This document shows positions 61,583 through 64,000 of a stretch of 64,000 nucleotides of DNA, piece by piece. A program made the translations under genes and the position numbers. The stretch is taken from positions 18,572 to 82,571 of the forward strand of contig JACPGB010000056.1 of assembly GCA_016182655.1 (NCBI GenBank), written 5' to 3'. The stretch is from Deltaproteobacteria bacterium (GTDB taxonomy: Bacteria; Desulfobacterota; GWC2-55-46). Position 1 is the stretch's first letter, and each line of letters starts with the position of its first letter. Below the pieces are notes generated by a model, which worked only from the letters and a program-made list of their open reading frames with translations, was not told the origin of the DNA and ran no database searches.

Positions 61583-62275
61583 TTATCTGCCGTTGAGGAC
61601 CGAGGAGACCGGCAGGGGCTCCGTAAGCTCAATGCCGGCGATTACCGTGCCTTCCGCGGAGCGGGACCATTTGACGCGCCCGGTCCTTTTAAGGTCGAGT
61701 CCCTTGATATAGACCCCGGCGGCCGCATCCGCGCCCTTCGGATCTCCAAGGTACTTTAGTTTGAGCCCGTTTTCAGAGATATCGAGGACCCGGGCCGAAA
61801 ACCTCCCTTCGGGACCTCCGAACTCGACAGTGCAGTCGGCGACGAAAGCGAACCTCTCGCGCCTCCTCTTAAGCGGCCCCCCAGAGTCGGAAAAGGCGGA
61901 CGGCTCAAGGCAGGCGTCTACCGCGTCGAGGAACTCCTTTACCTTGAAGGGCTTGGCTATCACCCTCTTGCCGAGCCCTTTCAGGACCGGCCCTTCCGTG
62001 CCTTCGGCCACGTCGCCCGTCATGAAGAAAAACCTGTCTTTCAGGTACGGAAACTCTCGCAATACCGAAAGAAATAGCCCGATGCCGTCAAGGAGCGGCA
62101 TATTTACGTCGGATATGACGAGGTCGTAGGCCGACGCGCCGAGACGCTCGATAGCCGCCATCCCGTTCGCGGCGGTGTCTACCGTATAGCCCCTGTTGGC
62201 GAGTAGCTCTATGCAACATTCGCGGATGAGCTCGTCGTCGTCCACGACCAGTATTTTCTTGGACCTTATTGCCAT
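61583..62275 (-). CDS. Response regulator with a C-terminal PilZ domain (REC-PilZ)
   Basis: REC is ILVVDDDELIRECCIELL...VISDVNMPLLDGIGLF. The PilZ motifs are RRRER (RxxxR) and DISENG (DxSxxG). Confidence 0.8.
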   Translation of the reverse strand: MAIRSKKILVVDDDELIRECCIELLANRGYTVDTAANGMAAIERLGASAYDLVISDVNMPLLDGIGLFLSVLREFPYLKDRFFFMTGDVAEGTEGPVLKGLGKRVIAKPFKVKEFLDAVDACLEPSAFSDSGGPLKRRRERFAFVADCTVEFGGPEGRFSARVLDISENGLKLKYLGDPKGADAAAGVYIKGLDLKRTGRVKWSRSAEGTVIAGIELTEPLPVSSVLNGR

Positions 62276-62350
62276 TGTAATTCCCCCGGGTCACCCTCCT
62301 GCTTTAGTATATCACTTTTCAGAAAAAAATCTCCTGGACCAGGAAAAAAA

Positions 62351-63694
62351 TCACGAGGTGAACGAAAAGCCGTTTATCAGGATGTAAGGGACCGAGACCG
62401 AGCCCAAAGGGAAGGAGCCGTTGGGATATACCGCCGTCTCCCTCGATACCGACTCGATCCTCCGGAAGGCCTCGAGGATGTTCTCGGTAAACCTCATGGG
62501 TCTGAGCGCGCATTTTACGGCGCCGCCGCGTACGAGGAACGTACCGTGCCTCGTCATCCCGGTCATCAGGGACTCCCTCGGGTTCAAAAGCCCGTTCACG
62601 TAATGGAAGGATTTGACCAGTATGCCTTCTCCTAAAAGGGAGAGCATGCCGGAAGCCGCCGCGTCCCCGCCCTCCATGAACAGGTGCTCGGGGAACGGCC
62701 CCTCGTTGTCCCCGGGGAATGGCCCGTGGCCGGTCGACTCGCCCCCGACTGACGATGCCGTGAGGCTGTCATAGGCTACCCCGGCGGCTACCCCCCTGTC
62801 TATGAGCGAGAGCCTCCTTTTGGGCGCACCCTCGAAATCGAAAGGGACTGCCATGCCGCCTCCGTCGAGCCCGTCGTCGTATATGGCGACCTTTTCTCCT
62901 GTTACGGCCTCTCCAAGCCTCTCGCTTAAAAAGCTCGTCCCGTCATGGAAGCCCTTTGCGCCGAAACCCGTGTAAGAGAGCCAATGGACGAGCTCGCTTA
63001 CGGCCGCGGGCTCCAGGAGCACGCGGTAGACGCCGGGAGGCGCCTCCTTTGGTGAAGAAGACTTGAGGCACGTCTCGGCGGAGGCGCGCATAAGACCCTT
63101 TATGTCGATCATAGTGAGGTCGTTCGATACGAAGGATCCAGACCCCGAGGCGTCGCCTGAGGAGGCTACGGAGCTTAAGTGCGCGGAGGTATACGGGTGG
63201 TAGGCCTTTAGCCCTTTGGAATTTACCACGGCTATCTCTCCGACCGAGGTAGCGAGCGCGCCGGAGTGGAGAACGCCCGAGGGAGCGCCCTCCTTAAACC
63301 CGGCGGATACGAGCGCCGCCTTCTCTTCGTTCGAGGCGCGGGCGGTCGAGGCATAAAAGGAACTCACATTAGAGTACCGGCACGGCCCGGGTATCCGTAA
63401 AAGGAAGGGCTCCTCCCTCGTCGTCCTTGCAATCGATAGCGCCTCGTCAAGGCACCTGTCCAACGCGGACCGTTCAATCGAATTCGTCGAGGCGACCCCG
63501 ATCTTCCTGCCAAGGGTCACCCTTATATGGAACGACGCGTCGGAGACGGATATGCCCTGGTGGAAGCGCGACGAGGAGAACCGCAAGGTGGATGACGAAT
63601 CATTGTTCGCTATGAACTCGATCGTGTCGGCCCTTTTGCTCCCCGCTACCCTCTCCCCTTCTTCAAGTAACCTGTCTTTGAGCAGTCCGTCCAT
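62351..63694 (-). CDS. pmbA: TldD/PmbA family metalloprotease component (PmbA-like)
   Basis: The family-typical segment is ...GGESTGHGPF...FHYVNGLLNPRESLMTGMTRHGTFLVRGG... The ATG at 63694 shares one base with the upstream stop (TGATG). The 45 extra codons in the track ORF overlap tldD. Confidence 0.82.
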   Translation of the reverse strand: MDGLLKDRLLEEGERVAGSKRADTIEFIANNDSSSTLRFSSSRFHQGISVSDASFHIRVTLGRKIGVASTNSIERSALDRCLDEALSIARTTREEPFLLRIPGPCRYSNVSSFYASTARASNEEKAALVSAGFKEGAPSGVLHSGALATSVGEIAVVNSKGLKAYHPYTSAHLSSVASSGDASGSGSFVSNDLTMIDIKGLMRASAETCLKSSSPKEAPPGVYRVLLEPAAVSELVHWLSYTGFGAKGFHDGTSFLSERLGEAVTGEKVAIYDDGLDGGGMAVPFDFEGAPKRRLSLIDRGVAAGVAYDSLTASSVGGESTGHGPFPGDNEGPFPEHLFMEGGDAAASGMLSLLGEGILVKSFHYVNGLLNPRESLMTGMTRHGTFLVRGGAVKCALRPMRFTENILEAFRRIESVSRETAVYPNGSFPLGSVSVPYILINGFSFTS

Positions 63695-64000
63695 CAGATC
63701 TTCCCCACCCCCACCTGCACGGACCTGAAGCGCGCGGGGGAAGCGCCGTGGCCGACGTGGGAGACCTGCATGGGCTCGCCCTTGGCGCAACTGTTGAGCC
63801 CCCATATCCGCCAATCGTCCTTGCCGCACACGGCGTCGCAGGAGGCCCAGAAGGCAGGTGTAGTGCCGTAATAGACAGGGTTCCTGAACGGCTGGCCAAG
63901 CTTACCGTTCCTTATCTCCCAGGCCATCTCTGTCCCGAACTGGAAGTTGAGCCTCTTGTCATCTATCGACCAGCTCCTGTTAACCGACATGAGGAGGCCG
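63694..64000 (-). CDS. tldD: TldD-like metalloprotease, C-terminal part only (the N-terminus runs off the right edge)
   Basis: ...NRSWSIDDKRLNFQFGTEMAWEIRNGKLGQPFRNPVYYGTTPAFWASCDAVCGKDDWRIWGLNSCAKGEPMQVSHVGHGASPARFRSVQVG. The frame stays open to nt 64000. Confidence 0.82.
   Translation of the reverse strand, partial: GLLMSVNRSWSIDDKRLNFQFGTEMAWEIRNGKLGQPFRNPVYYGTTPAFWASCDAVCGKDDWRIWGLNSCAKGEPMQVSHVGHGASPARFRSVQVGVGKI

Noticed and set aside
63695-63829. N-terminal 45 codons of the pmbA track ORF
   Set aside because: They overlap the tldD C-terminus out of frame. The ATG at 63694 gives a TGATG junction and a normal PmbA N-terminus.
1-64000. Scan for rRNA, tRNA, tmRNA, RNase P RNA, CRISPR arrays, transposases, integrases, phage genes and known defence systems
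   Set aside because: I checked every gap larger than about 100 nt by eye. None contains tRNA-like cloverleaf sequences, regularly spaced identical repeats with unique spacers, or the conserved RNase P or tmRNA blocks. No ORF has transposase, integrase, restriction, Cas, toxin-antitoxin or abortive-infection hallmarks. The repeats present are REP-like or palindromic, not CRISPR.

Overview
This 64-kb window is a moderately GC-rich bacterial chromosome segment. I cannot assign a taxon from sequence alone. Codon usage is rich in AGG, AAG and ATA, and many starts follow AAGGGGGTG or AAGGAGG type Shine-Dalgarno sites. About 62 protein-coding genes are supportable, mostly packed in operons with overlapping start and stop codons. 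I saw no rRNA, tRNA, CRISPR array, transposase, integrase or phage genes, and no recognisable defence system. Left to right: (1) 1-11.9 kb is a glycan locus with a partial nonulosonate synthase, a cytidylyltransferase-HAD fusion, a methyltransferase, the Wzt/Wzm ABC exporter, a winged-helix regulator, a frameshifted transferase-like gene, an acetyltransferase, an epimerase, a B12-radical SAM enzyme and a GT4 glycosyltransferase. (2) An RhlB-like DEAD-box helicase. (3) marR, cytochrome b561 and two yceI genes. (4) A PilZ protein, a GAF-GGDEF cyclase, two unannotated 37-codon membrane-peptide genes, a GAF-PAS protein and a CBS protein. (5) The ArsS radical SAM enzyme with its AhpD-like partner. 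(6) UDG, a YhaM-like nuclease and UDP-glucuronate epimerase. (7) Two paralogous secreted proteins, then archease and RtcB. (8) gpmI, a lapB-like gene, rlmH-rsfS-nadD and rarA. (9) A complete bioBFHCAD operon. (10) Aconitase. (11) A roughly 14-kb chemosensory and c-di-GMP locus: REC-PilZ, HAMP-GGDEF, CheR-TPR, CheW-CheW, MCP, CheA-REC, CheB, REC-PAS, HAMP-PAS and HD-GYP. (12) pmbA and a partial tldD. Several families of REP-like palindromic or dispersed repeats fill the intergenic gaps, some of them inside operons. The most interesting candidates are the Wsp/Frz-like chemosensory operon wired to c-di-GMP enzymes through two output-less proteins that share a coiled-coil tail, the duplicated 37-aa peptide cassettes, four perfect TGTTCA-N5-TGAACA palindromes in the glycan-locus control region, and an rsfS gene whose conserved N-terminus is only reachable from a CTG codon. 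All functional calls come from motif recognition by eye. No database search was run.
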